The position numbers and the translations under genes were made by a program. From positions 1 through 62,962 of the forward strand of contig CAYWAT010000002.1 of assembly GCA_964456305.1 (NCBI GenBank): a DNA stretch of 62,962 nt, written 5' to 3'. Of this stretch, positions 46,513-55,957 are shown piece after piece. Within the stretch, counting starts at the first letter, position 1. The number at the start of each line of letters is the position of its first letter. The notes below the pieces were generated by a model, which saw only the letters and a list, made by a program, of their open reading frames with translations, was not told the origin of the DNA and did not search any database. The stretch comes from an uncultured Polyangiales bacterium. GTDB lineage: Bacteria > Myxococcota_A > Polyangia > Polyangiales > CAYWAT01.

Positions 46513-47427
46513 TTAAGCCTTGGCCTGATAAATGGCCATCATATCGCGCAGTAGTTTGACAGCATCACCGCGCGAACGCTGGAAGGCGTTACGTCCCACA
46601 ATCGCGCCATCGCCACCACCTGCAGCAATCTGGCGCGTATCTTCAAGTAGCTCTTCCGTTCCCTTAGCGGGACCACCTGAGAAAATCACGATGCGTTTGC
46701 CATTAAAGGCCGACTGCATGACGTGACGAATGCGATCCTCAAGAGTTGCAACGGGGATATTCTCGTAAAACTTGCGCGATACATCCAAGCCGATGTGCTC
46801 TGTGGGCGGCTTTACTTTGACGATATGCGCTCCCAACTGACAGGCCACTTGGGCCGCATAGGCAATCACATCCACCGCTGTTTCGGCCTTGGAATCAAGC
46901 TTCGCGCCACGGGCGTAAGCCCACACAATAGAAGGCAGTCCAGCATCACGAGCTTCAGCGATGAGGTCACGAATCTGCTGATACATCACATTACGCTCAC
47001 CACTGCCGGGATAAATGGTAAAGCCAATGGCCGAGCAGCCTAAGCGCACGGCCTCACGCACCGACGAGGTCAACGCCGAGCAGGGCTGCGCAGGACCACC
47101 CAGGCTATCGCTGTTATTGACTTTGAGAATGAGCGGCAACCGACCTGCGTACTTGGGTGCGATAAGCTCGAGAAAACCAAGAGGCGCAGCATAGGCGTTG
47201 CATCCTGACTCCACTGCTAGGCTTGGATGATACTCAGGATCGTAACCCTCAGGGTTAGGTGAAAAGCTGCGCGCTGGTCCGTGTTCAAACCCTTGATCCA
47301 CGGGCAGAATGACCATTTTACCAGTACCGCCTAAGGTTCCATGGTCGAGGATGCGACGCATGTTGCCAAGAATAGCGGGGGATTCTCCCTGATAATTGCT
47401 TAAAGTCCGTTCCACAGCTGCACTCAT
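46513..47427 (-). CDS. Class I fructose-bisphosphate aldolase (FbaB/DhnA family)
   Basis: 304 aa. ILPVDQGFEHGP…, LKVNNSD…, GFTIYPGS… and VKVKPP… align with E. coli FbaB-type class I aldolases. Confidence 0.8.
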   Translation of the reverse strand: MSAAVERTLSNYQGESPAILGNMRRILDHGTLGGTGKMVILPVDQGFEHGPARSFSPNPEGYDPEYHPSLAVESGCNAYAAPLGFLELIAPKYAGRLPLILKVNNSDSLGGPAQPCSALTSSVREAVRLGCSAIGFTIYPGSGERNVMYQQIRDLIAEARDAGLPSIVWAYARGAKLDSKAETAVDVIAYAAQVACQLGAHIVKVKPPTEHIGLDVSRKFYENIPVATLEDRIRHVMQSAFNGKRIVIFSGGPAKGTEELLEDTRQIAAGGGDGAIVGRNAFQRSRGDAVKLLRDMMAIYQAKA

Positions 47428-47491
47428 GTTTTATCTCCGTTGAGGTTAATATACGCACCCCAACCTAAATTGGGTTTAGACGGTGCGACGG

Positions 47492-47578
47492 CGGAGGAGA
47501 AGGGATTCGAACCCCTGGAACCCTTGCAGGTTCGGCGGTTTTCAAAACCGCTGCCTTCGACCACTCGGCCACTCCTCC
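47492..47578 (-). tRNA. tRNA-Ser (anticodon TGA)
   Basis: Reverse complement GGAGGAGTGGCCGAGTGGTCGAAGGCAGCGGTTTTGAAAACCGC… with a long variable arm, a T loop TTCGAAT and acceptor GGAGGAG/CTCCTCC. Confidence 0.9.
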
Positions 47579-47751
47579 AAGCGCGGTGGATCGCCTTAAA
47601 ATGACAGCGACCTAGTGCACGCTCGTGAGCCATCGCTTAGCGCAAAACCCAGGCTTCACAAGAGCAGGAAAGTAGCAAATCAGAGATGCCCTTACTTTTG
47701 ACGGCTTTATCTAAGCCGCGTTGGTCTCACGAAAAACAGTAAACTGCTTAA

Positions 47752-47792
47752 GCTAAAATTAAACTCGGAGCTTCATCCAATAAAGCTCCGAG
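47752..47792 (-). terminator. Rho-independent terminator of hpf
   Basis: A perfect 10-bp stem CTCGGAGCTT (47764-47773) / AAGCTCCGAG (47783-47792) with a 9-nt loop. On the minus strand it is followed by TTTAATTTTA. It lies 36 bp after the hpf stop. Confidence 0.75.
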
Positions 47793-47827
47793 TGGTTAAG
47801 ATGATGCGATGAATGAACTTAAGACGC

Positions 47828-48169
47828 CTAACTCACGGCGTTTTCGACGTAGTCCAAGTCATCTAGGGCTTGTCCCTGACGTCGGCGCGTCGTGCGCGTT
47901 GCACTATGGTCGCGCAGCTGACGGTCGAGTTTGTCCACAGCGAGGTTGATCGAGGCGTACATATCCTCTGACTCCTCGCAGCTTTGATAGCGCGCACCAC
48001 GAGCGTGAATACACATATCAGCACGATGGATGTGGCGCTCGGTAATCACCGTTACCTCGATTTCAGCTGAACGGGGCAAATACTTTTCAAGCTTTGCCAG
48101 TTTATCCCGCGCGTGCAGTTTGATTGCCTCAGATGAGTCAACGTTACGAAAATTGAAGAGAATGCGCAT
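47828..48169 (-). CDS. hpf: Ribosome hibernation promoting factor (short HPF/RaiA)
   Basis: 113 aa. AAGGAGG lies 5 nt upstream. The sigma-54 modulation protein / S30EA family pattern is present (…KLAKLEKYLPRSAEIEVTV…HRADMCIHARGARY…). Confidence 0.85.
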   Translation of the reverse strand: MRILFNFRNVDSSEAIKLHARDKLAKLEKYLPRSAEIEVTVITERHIHRADMCIHARGARYQSCEESEDMYASINLAVDKLDRQLRDHSATRTTRRRQGQALDDLDYVENAVS

Positions 48170-48339
48170 TCAGCCTCCTTGAGTGTGTGGAATTGTGGAT
48201 GATGTGTGTGAAAGAATCTGTATCAGTTGTACCTTGTGCTTGTCACTCATTAATTGAAATGACCTCCTTTTTTAAGCTATGTGAAAGCACGTCAACCTAT
48301 CTATAAATATAACACAGCAGCAGGCAGAGTATTTCGACC

Positions 48340-49815
48340 TTAGAAGTATTTTTTGCGTTTTGAGGAACTCAAAATCCCCAGCATTTCGCGGTATTTTGCC
48401 ACAGTACGCCGGGCAATCACAATACCGTCTTGTGCAAGCATCTCTACAATCTTCTGGTCCGAAAAGGGTCGCTTAGGATTCTCGCCATCCACAATCTTAC
48501 GAATCGCCTGCTTCACACTCTCCGACGCAATATCATCGCTATTATCACGGCGAATAGCGCTGTTGAAAAAGAACTTCAGTTCGAAAATACCCCGCGGAGT
48601 ATGGACATACTTGCTATTGGTCACGCGAGAAATCGTGCTCTCGTGCATGCCCACGGTATCGGCAACATCCCGCAACACCATAGGCTTGAGGTGCTCGATG
48701 CCTTTTTCAAAGAAATCACGCTGTTTTTCGACAATACATTCGGTCACTTTGATGATGGTTTTGCGCCGTTGGTCAATGCTGCGAATCAGCCATTGCGCAC
48801 TGCGTAGTTTATTCTGAATGTATTCCTTCGCTTGCGGGTCATCGACCATCGCGCTGCGGTAGAACGCACTAATCTTCAACTTGGGCATACCGTCGTCATT
48901 GGCAACGACGAAGTAATCATCACCCACCCGATGAACATGCACATCGGGGGTAATATAAGGCGAGGCAACCGTATTGTAGTGCCGTCCTGGTCGTGGATTG
49001 AGGTCCATAATGCTTTGCGTAATGTCGTAGACCTCCTCCACATCAATGCCCAAGGCGCGTGCGATATGATCGTAGTTGCGCCGTTCTAAATCATTAAGGT
49101 GCCCATCGATCACCTTGAGCACGAGCTCGTCCATCCCGTAATGCAGGGCTTGCACATATAAGCACTCTTTTAATGAACGTGCGGCAACGCCGATGGGATC
49201 AAAACGCTGCAGCATCTTGAGCACTTCTTCGGCATCTTCAGGATCGATCTCCGCATCTTCGGCTAAGCGCGGGACGATCTCTTCTTCGGACATGTCCTCA
49301 ATGCGTAGGTAGCCGTTATCGCTTAGGTTCCCAAACACAAGTGTGGCAAAGCGCTTTTCCTCTTCAAGCCATTCCCCCATACCCAGTTGCCAGGTAAGGT
49401 GCTCGCTAAGATCACGCGTGTTTGAAAGCGTCGCTTCAGCGTTGGGCTGGTCATCCGCGCTTTGCGATGCAAGCCGAAAGGAAGGCGGACTGCCCTCAAG
49501 GGAATGATTTTCAAGGTAACGCTCCCAGTCGATGTCTTCGGTTTTGCGCTCGTTGACTTTGAGGTGTTCTTCGATGGCACGATCGTCAGAGGCGATTTGC
49601 GATTCAATCGACGCGCTCTGCTCGCCTTGGTCATTGCTTTGTGTGCTTGCTTCGCCTTGGTCACGTTGGTCCTCCAAAATAGGATTTTCCAACATCTCCT
49701 CACGCACCATGTCGCTGAGTTCAAGACGTGACATTTGCAGAAGTTTGATGGCTTGTTGCAACTGGGGAGTCATCACCAGTTGCTGTGAAAGTCGAAGTTG
49801 TTGCTTAATTTCCAT
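48340..49815 (-). CDS. rpoN: RNA polymerase sigma-54 factor
   Basis: ORF 48340..49836. The ATG at 49815 is preceded by GAGGAGG. It has N-terminal MEIKQQLRLSQQLVMTPQLQQAIKLLQMS, the C-terminal RpoN box ARRTVAKYR and an HTH. Confidence 0.9.
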   Translation of the reverse strand: MEIKQQLRLSQQLVMTPQLQQAIKLLQMSRLELSDMVREEMLENPILEDQRDQGEASTQSNDQGEQSASIESQIASDDRAIEEHLKVNERKTEDIDWERYLENHSLEGSPPSFRLASQSADDQPNAEATLSNTRDLSEHLTWQLGMGEWLEEEKRFATLVFGNLSDNGYLRIEDMSEEEIVPRLAEDAEIDPEDAEEVLKMLQRFDPIGVAARSLKECLYVQALHYGMDELVLKVIDGHLNDLERRNYDHIARALGIDVEEVYDITQSIMDLNPRPGRHYNTVASPYITPDVHVHRVGDDYFVVANDDGMPKLKISAFYRSAMVDDPQAKEYIQNKLRSAQWLIRSIDQRRKTIIKVTECIVEKQRDFFEKGIEHLKPMVLRDVADTVGMHESTISRVTNSKYVHTPRGIFELKFFFNSAIRRDNSDDIASESVKQAIRKIVDGENPKRPFSDQKIVEMLAQDGIVIARRTVAKYREMLGILSSSKRKKYF

Positions 49816-49974
49816 AGGCAAAACCTCCTCGTTCACGGCTTAAGTTATGTACGCTAATAAATCTCATAAACGCTCGATTCCGTTTATGATCCCTAACTCT
49901 TTGACGAAGGGCAAACCAATTTATGAAAATTGGTCTTATTTTTGCGTTGTCTCAAACTGTGCCAAGTTACGCTA

Positions 49975-50994
49975 TCAATAGCTATATTCGCTGAGTTTCA
50001 CCTTGCCTCTAAAGGTCCAGTAGACCGCCGAGGTATAAGCAAGGACCAAAGGCATCCCAATCGCAGCCATCAGAGTCATGATTTTGAGTGTTTTCTCAGA
50101 CGATGATGCGTTGCGAATCGTCAGCGAATACGCATGCCCCAAGCTGCTAACCACCAGATTGGGATAAAGTGCAACACCCAAAAGACCAACCAGCGCTGCG
50201 ATCGTCGCCACCGAACTAGCAAAGGCATAGCCCGGTCGACCACGAAAAATAGCGCGCGGAATGTTAGCGATGGCAATCACATTGATGGCAACAATCAACC
50301 AAGCGATGGGATAGGTCTCAAAGTGACGTGTGACTTCGGGCAAGCGCACCAAGGTGGCAATTGTCACACCGATATAAGCCAGCATGAACAAACCAAACCC
50401 GCGCCACATCCAGGGTACTAGGCGAGCCTGTAAATCGCCCTCGGTTTTGAGATAAAGATAGATGGCACCGTGCATGACAAACAGAAAAACACTCATCACC
50501 CCCACTGCTAATGCATAAGGGTTGAGCAAATCGAGCAACCCACCCTGAAAAATACCGCGTTCACCGATAGGCAACCCGCCGAGCACATTGCCCACAGCAA
50601 CCCCCATCAAAAAGCTGTTGAGAAAGCTGGCGATTGCAAAGGCGTAATCAAAGCTGCGACGCCATGCGGATGACTGGCTTTTGGAGCGAAATTCGATCGC
50701 AACCGCACGAAAGATAAGCCCCGTCAAGAGCAGCATAAAAGGCAGGTAAAAAGACGAAAACACGCTGGCATAAACCGTGGGAAAGGCCGCAAATAAAGCC
50801 CCGCCAAAGGTCACTAGCCAGACCTCATTGCCATCCCAAAGGGGGCCGATGGAGTTGATCACCAGGCGGCGTTCTTCGTCGGTCTTAGCGACCAAAGGCT
50901 GCAACATGCCCACGCCAAAATCGAAACCATCCAGCACGGCATAACCAAAGAGCAAGACACCAAGGATCAAAAACCACACACTTTGCCAGTCCAT
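49975..50994 (-). CDS. cydB: Cytochrome bd ubiquinol oxidase subunit II
   Basis: 339 aa and polytopic. The N-terminus WFLILGVLLFGYAVLDGFDFGVGML is typical of CydB. Confidence 0.9.
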   Translation of the reverse strand: MDWQSVWFLILGVLLFGYAVLDGFDFGVGMLQPLVAKTDEERRLVINSIGPLWDGNEVWLVTFGGALFAAFPTVYASVFSSFYLPFMLLLTGLIFRAVAIEFRSKSQSSAWRRSFDYAFAIASFLNSFLMGVAVGNVLGGLPIGERGIFQGGLLDLLNPYALAVGVMSVFLFVMHGAIYLYLKTEGDLQARLVPWMWRGFGLFMLAYIGVTIATLVRLPEVTRHFETYPIAWLIVAINVIAIANIPRAIFRGRPGYAFASSVATIAALVGLLGVALYPNLVVSSLGHAYSLTIRNASSSEKTLKIMTLMAAIGMPLVLAYTSAVYWTFRGKVKLSEYSY

Positions 50995-50997
50995 GCC

Positions 50998-52434
50998 CTA
51001 CTTCCTCTGCTCTTTTGAATCGCGACGTGTAGGCCACAAGCTCGTTTTACGATGCCTGAGTCGTTCGGCCGCGAGTTCGGTCCAGCCCTCATCGCTCGGA
51101 TCTTGCGACCTGGTATCAAAGCCCTGAGGCCCCGCTTGGATTTTGTGATTCATCACGAAGAGCCACAAAGCGACGATGAGCGCATAAATGAAACCAAAAA
51201 GTGCAATGGAACTGATGACCATCTGCGCTGTTACCGATTCGCTCAGGGCATCACTGGTGCGCAATAGGTTGTAAACGATCCAGGGCTGTCGTCCCACCTC
51301 TGTAGAAATCCATCCCACTTGATTGCCGATGTAAGCCAAGAGCACCGAGCCCACATAGGTCCAAAGCAGCCAACGCTGGTTGAACAACGAACCACGCCAC
51401 CAAAGCACACAACTGAGCAAGGTAAGGGCGATGAAGAAGATACCGATGGCCACCATGAGGTGATAGGTCTGGAAAACGATGGTGGTATTGGGCCAATCTT
51501 CGCGCGGGAAGGCATCTAAGCCAGTAACAGATGCGTTTGTATCACCGTGTACCAGCCAGGAAAGCATCTGGGGAATTTTGATGCCAAAACGAATGCCACC
51601 CGTGTCATCGTCGGGAATTCCCCAAAGGTACATATCTGCGGCACCGGTGCGATAGTGTCCCTCAAACGCAGCCAGTTTAGCCGGCTGATGCTCGGCAACA
51701 ATATCGGCCTGCAGGTGCCCCGTAAACAGGGCTGCTAGTGAGCTGAAAGTCGCCAGCACCAAGGCAACCTTAAAGGTGCCGCGCGCGAAATCGAGATGGC
51801 GTTTCTTGAGCAAGTACCAAGCGCAAATGCTCAGCACGAAAAAGGACCCTAAGATTAGCGCCCCGACCCATACATGCAATAAGCGGGCAACCGAGGAAGG
51901 ATTGAAGACCATCGCCCAAAAATCGACAATCTCGGCACGCGCCTGCAAGCCTTCACCTACGATGTGAAAACCCGCCGGGGTTTGCATCCACGAGTTGGCG
52001 ATCACGATCCAAATAGACGAGAAGACGCTACCCAGAAACACCATCCAGGTGGCGAATAAGTGCATACGCGGCCCTACCCGATCCCAACCAAAGACCAGTA
52101 CCGCGAGAAAACCCGACTCTAAGAAAAAAGCAAAAATACCCTCAGCCGCCAAAGCCGAGCCAAATACATCGCCTACATAACGGGAGTAAGCGGCCCAGTT
52201 GGTGCCGAACTCAAATTCCATGACGATGCCGGTGGCAACGCCCAGACCAAAATTGACAGTGAAAAGCTTGGTCCAAAACTTGGCCATATCGCGATAACGC
52301 GCATCCTTCTTGAGCACATACATGCTCTCAAGACCCACCATCACCGCACCTAACCCAATGGTCAGAGGCGGGAATAAGTAATGCACCATGATGGTGAGGG
52401 CGAATTGGACACGCGAGAGAATCTCAACGTCCAT
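50998..52434 (-). CDS. cydA: Cytochrome bd ubiquinol oxidase subunit I
   Basis: ORF 50998..52440, with the ATG at 52434 ([27 protein letters not shown]). It has a Q-loop and the [12 protein letters not shown] motif. Confidence 0.9.
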   Translation of the reverse strand: MDVEILSRVQFALTIMVHYLFPPLTIGLGAVMVGLESMYVLKKDARYRDMAKFWTKLFTVNFGLGVATGIVMEFEFGTNWAAYSRYVGDVFGSALAAEGIFAFFLESGFLAVLVFGWDRVGPRMHLFATWMVFLGSVFSSIWIVIANSWMQTPAGFHIVGEGLQARAEIVDFWAMVFNPSSVARLLHVWVGALILGSFFVLSICAWYLLKKRHLDFARGTFKVALVLATFSSLAALFTGHLQADIVAEHQPAKLAAFEGHYRTGAADMYLWGIPDDDTGGIRFGIKIPQMLSWLVHGDTNASVTGLDAFPREDWPNTTIVFQTYHLMVAIGIFFIALTLLSCVLWWRGSLFNQRWLLWTYVGSVLLAYIGNQVGWISTEVGRQPWIVYNLLRTSDALSESVTAQMVISSIALFGFIYALIVALWLFVMNHKIQAGPQGFDTRSQDPSDEGWTELAAERLRHRKTSLWPTRRDSKEQRK

Positions 52435-52564
52435 GCACACTCACCTGCAACAAAGCCACGTCAGGAGCTTGGGCCCAAACAAGCGCGGCGGCAAATTTTT
52501 TAAAGAGAACTCAGCATATCAAACGAGGGCCTAAGCGCAGGGAAGCTCAGAATACCATAAGAGC

Positions 52565-53020
52565 TCAATCACTCTGCTTTTGCGGCACAGTGAGCACAGG
52601 AATGGTCGAGGTACGCACCACCCGCTCGGCAATGCTGCCCATTAAAAGATGGGTGATGCCTGTGCGGCCGTGGGTGCCCATGACGATCATGTCAGCCTTA
52701 ACCTCATCCGCGTACTGGTGAATGCTCTCGTGCGGCACCCCCTGCGTAATCCTGTATTCGATGACAACGCCCTGATCGAGGTAAGGCTTGAGCATGGCAT
52801 CGAGCTCCCGTTGCGCCGCACTTGATACCTGCTCCGTAAACTCAGGCCCCGCCATGACCGCACCGTCGGGGAACAAATAGGTGGGCAAGGGATATACGTG
52901 CACCACATGCAAGGTAGCCTGAAGTTTTTTGCCTAAGTCGAAGGCATACTCAAAGGCGCGAATGGATGTGGGTGAAAAATCAACAGGGACAACAATATTC
53001 TGAATCGCAGGCATGCTCAT
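52565..53020 (-). CDS. Universal stress protein (UspA family)
   Basis: ORF 52565..53272, with the ATG at 53020 or 53014. IVVPVDFSPTSIRAFEYA… and …MIVMGTHGRTGITHLLMGSIAERVVRTSTIPVLTV are USP motifs. Confidence 0.85.
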   Translation of the reverse strand: MSMPAIQNIVVPVDFSPTSIRAFEYAFDLGKKLQATLHVVHVYPLPTYLFPDGAVMAGPEFTEQVSSAAQRELDAMLKPYLDQGVVIEYRITQGVPHESIHQYADEVKADMIVMGTHGRTGITHLLMGSIAERVVRTSTIPVLTVPQKQSD

Positions 53021-53102
53021 TCTCCAGTGCTTGGAAGTCCAACGAAAGTGTACCCATTGGCTTATAAAAGTGCAGTTGAAAAAACTATCAGATAATTTTT
53101 TA

Positions 53103-54935
53103 TTACAGAGCAGCACCCTCATCTTCGACGCGTACGGAGACCGACAGGCGTTCACCGCGGCCGCCTTTGTAGATAGTGCCCGAGGTTGGCGTCGCATCGA
53201 TGTAGTTACGTCCTGCTGCCACGCAGACGTGATCGAGATTGACCAGGCAACCATTGGTAGGGTCGTAGCCACGCCAGCCTTCCCACGGCAGGTACACTTC
53301 TAGCCAGGCATGAGACGCTTCGGATTGGATGGAGTTGTCGTAGTTAGCGCCGGTGTAGATATAACCGATGCGGTAACGCGCTGGCACACCCAGCAGACGC
53401 GCCAGGCAGATAAACAAATTGGCAAAGTCCTGACACACGCCGCGGCGATGGACGTAGATTTCAAACGGTGTGGTTTCCAAGGTGGTGGACTCGGACACAT
53501 ACGCAAAGTCACGCCGTATGGTGCGATTGATATCGTTAAGCGTTTCCACCAAGTCGTCTTGTTGTCGCGTGGCAAAACTCGTAGCGAAATCGGATAGCTC
53601 ACGTAGCTGCGATTCGGGCAACTCCGGCGGCAAGAGATAAGGCATCATCATCTGACGTTGCCAGGGCATCCACACCAACGGCAGCGTAGTGGTGCGATGG
53701 CCGATGGAGGCATTGCGGTCACGAATACGGATACGCGATTGCGCCAATACACGCAGCTCGGTGTAAGGCTCGCGCACCTTCATCCGCACCGTTTGATTGC
53801 CAAAGACGTCTTCAAAGGTGTAGCTCATGCCCTGCGGACTGATGTCTAAGGTATGCTCAAGCACCTCTTGATACACATCGTGCACGGGACGCAAACGAAA
53901 CACATGGGTGCTGTGCTCCACCGGCGCATCGTATTGATAGAGCGTCTCATGCGTAACCCTCAGCACGCGGCTTTGCACTGACTCGCTCGGACTGGGCCCC
54001 GCTTGATGAAACTCAGAATTATCGGCCTGCATGCGCACCGACGCCTCGCGCATCAGTTGCGGCGCCGGTTCGGAGTCACGCCTTAACATCGGACTGGCGT
54101 GACTGGCCGAAGGCGCAGAGGCTGCAGACTCGTCCTTGCCCGGCGTACTTTGCCAAATCACCTGCCCCAAACGAACGACCACCATCTCTCCAGGCGCCAA
54201 ACTAGACCAGGCATGCTCAGAGAGAGGATGGGTCGCCACCAGCACCATACTGCGGTTGTTATCCAGCGAATTATCCAACTGCAGCGAGAGGGCACGATTT
54301 TTGAGCGCATGTCGATGTGGCGGACAGCAACGACATAGATACAAACTGCTCTCGGCCTGACGATCACGATAGGCGATCAGATCTTGGCCGTCGGTCATGA
54401 TGAGATTAAGCGAGCCCAACGCGTTGAGCTGCTCGAACCACTGATGCAAAGCGGTCCATTGAATGCCATCGAGCTGCCGCGCATTCGCCCGTTGCAGCTG
54501 AGCCATCAACCAACAAAAAATGTACTCCGAGTCGGTTTGCCCAGTGGGTTCAAAAAACACGGGCGAGCCTAGTGAAAACTGCCGCAGCGCTTCTGCATTA
54601 AGTTGCCCGTCATGCGCAAAAAGCCAGTCGCGGCCTGCATAACTGCGACAAAAAGGATGCATGTTCTCTTGGCTAGACTGCCGCGTATCGCTGCGAATAT
54701 GACAAAGGAAGAGATTGGTACGAAAGTGCTCCCAGTCGCGCAAAATGCGACTGAACACCGTATCGCCTGTGGGTAGAGGGTCTTTGATAACCATCGCCGC
54801 AGACTCACCACGCGGGTACCAACCAAAGCCCCAACCCATCGGCGAGATATGACCCGCAGCCATGTGATCATGCGGCTCCAGCGTAATGGTCGGCGATGCC
54901 GCCGCATCGAAAGAGATGGCCAGCAGGTCACTCAT
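53103..54935 (-). CDS. Fusion protein: class-II (Ntn) glutamine-amidotransferase-like domain + transglutaminase (Bact_transglu_N + core)
   Basis: 610 aa. The N-terminal MSDLLAISF…GWGFGWYP…LCHIRSDT…MHPF…WLFAHDGQL…GQTDSEYIFCW is YafJ/EgtC-like. The C-terminal RVLRVTHETLYQYDAPV… plus RGVCQDFANLF…SHAWLEVYLP…GYDPTNG is a transglutaminase Cys-His-Asp core. The start is fixed by an ATGA overlap with the alpha-E stop. Confidence 0.8.
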   Translation of the reverse strand: MSDLLAISFDAAASPTITLEPHDHMAAGHISPMGWGFGWYPRGESAAMVIKDPLPTGDTVFSRILRDWEHFRTNLFLCHIRSDTRQSSQENMHPFCRSYAGRDWLFAHDGQLNAEALRQFSLGSPVFFEPTGQTDSEYIFCWLMAQLQRANARQLDGIQWTALHQWFEQLNALGSLNLIMTDGQDLIAYRDRQAESSLYLCRCCPPHRHALKNRALSLQLDNSLDNNRSMVLVATHPLSEHAWSSLAPGEMVVVRLGQVIWQSTPGKDESAASAPSASHASPMLRRDSEPAPQLMREASVRMQADNSEFHQAGPSPSESVQSRVLRVTHETLYQYDAPVEHSTHVFRLRPVHDVYQEVLEHTLDISPQGMSYTFEDVFGNQTVRMKVREPYTELRVLAQSRIRIRDRNASIGHRTTTLPLVWMPWQRQMMMPYLLPPELPESQLRELSDFATSFATRQQDDLVETLNDINRTIRRDFAYVSESTTLETTPFEIYVHRRGVCQDFANLFICLARLLGVPARYRIGYIYTGANYDNSIQSEASHAWLEVYLPWEGWRGYDPTNGCLVNLDHVCVAAGRNYIDATPTSGTIYKGGRGERLSVSVRVEDEGAAL

Positions 54936-55957
54936 TGCGCGAACTTAGAGCGTTGCACCGTCGTGCAGGAGTCGAAGTATTCTCGATGAATCAAGGTGCA
55001 TATCTGATCGGTTTCATCGATGACGCGGGCCAACTCACGATGCAAACCACGGGCAAGCACATCGCGGGTGGAGCTTCCCTCAAGCCAGCTTACCAAGCTT
55101 GCTAAGGTTTCTGTGGCTTCTGAATGCTCACTCTGCGTCAAGGTCTGGATGCGCTGGAGAAAATGCAGCGCGCGATGCAGGCAGTGATAAACCGAGCGCG
55201 GAAAACGCTCTTCTTTGAGCAAAAAGGTGGCCACATCGTGCCCCGAAATGCCGCTTTGATAACAGCGCGAGTAGTTATCGTCCCCCGCACACGAGCGCAG
55301 CAAAGCCAACCACTGTGCCGACTCGAGGGGATTATCGGTATCGTCCTGCCACGCGGATCCTCCCTCTGCAGGAGGAAGAAGGGAATCGGGGCGCAAAGCG
55401 TGGTACTTCACATCGAGAATGCGCGCGCTTTGACCAGCGCGCTCGAGCAGCATACCAAGACGCATAAAATCAAAGGGCTGATCGTGCAGCATAGTGCTGT
55501 GACATAAGCCTTGGAAAAGCCCCACAGCATCGCGCACATGCTGATAAAAAGCGTCGGGATCGCTTTGATAGACACGCCGACCTTGGCCCCCTTTAAGCCA
55601 ATGCCACAGGGCATTAACCGACTCCCAGACCTCAATGCTGATGACTTCACGACTGGTGCGCGCATTTTCGCGAGCCCAGCGCACGACATTGATAATGCTA
55701 ACCGGACATTCCGAATCCCAGGTCAAATAGGCCTGCACTAACTCGGCGTCATCGATAGCGCTGGGATTATGTTGATAACGCGCATAAAAGCGCTCGTCCT
55801 CGCCGGTGACCACAATGGCGGGATGCCAGTGACCGCGATGCTGCGGGTTGATATCGAGCAGAAAGGCGCGGTTAACACGGATCAAACGACTAATGCTCTC
55901 CGCGCGCTCCAAATAGCGATGCAGCCAAAAACAGCTGTCGGCGACACGGGAGATCAT
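54932..55957 (-). CDS. Alpha-E domain protein (DUF403)
   Basis: 341 aa. MISRVADSCFWLHRYLERAESISRLIRVN is the typical alpha-E N-terminus. It has ATGA overlaps on both sides. Confidence 0.85.
   Translation of the reverse strand: MISRVADSCFWLHRYLERAESISRLIRVNRAFLLDINPQHRGHWHPAIVVTGEDERFYARYQHNPSAIDDAELVQAYLTWDSECPVSIINVVRWARENARTSREVISIEVWESVNALWHWLKGGQGRRVYQSDPDAFYQHVRDAVGLFQGLCHSTMLHDQPFDFMRLGMLLERAGQSARILDVKYHALRPDSLLPPAEGGSAWQDDTDNPLESAQWLALLRSCAGDDNYSRCYQSGISGHDVATFLLKEERFPRSVYHCLHRALHFLQRIQTLTQSEHSEATETLASLVSWLEGSSTRDVLARGLHRELARVIDETDQICTLIHREYFDSCTTVQRSKFAQ

Noticed and set aside
47424-47633. 69-aa ORF on the minus strand.
   Set aside because: It overlaps the complete tRNA-Ser(TGA) gene (47492..47578). 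Its translation is just the tRNA read as codons.
48200-48290. 26-codon ORF (MSDKHKVQLIQILSHTSSTIPHTQGG) in the rpoN-hpf spacer, preceded by AAGGAGG.
   Set aside because: The SD-like sequence is ~12 nt from the ATG, the ORF is very short and there is no supporting similarity. It most likely occurs by chance within the hpf promoter and leader region.
49865-49933. Two small hairpins (CATAAACG…CGTTTATG at 49865-49888, and CCAATTT-ATGA-AAATTGG at 49916-49933) between cydB and rpoN, as terminator or leader structures.
   Set aside because: The stems are short and AT-rich. The better T-tract is on the plus strand, where no gene ends. A role as cydAB terminator or rpoN leader is possible but not supportable from sequence alone.
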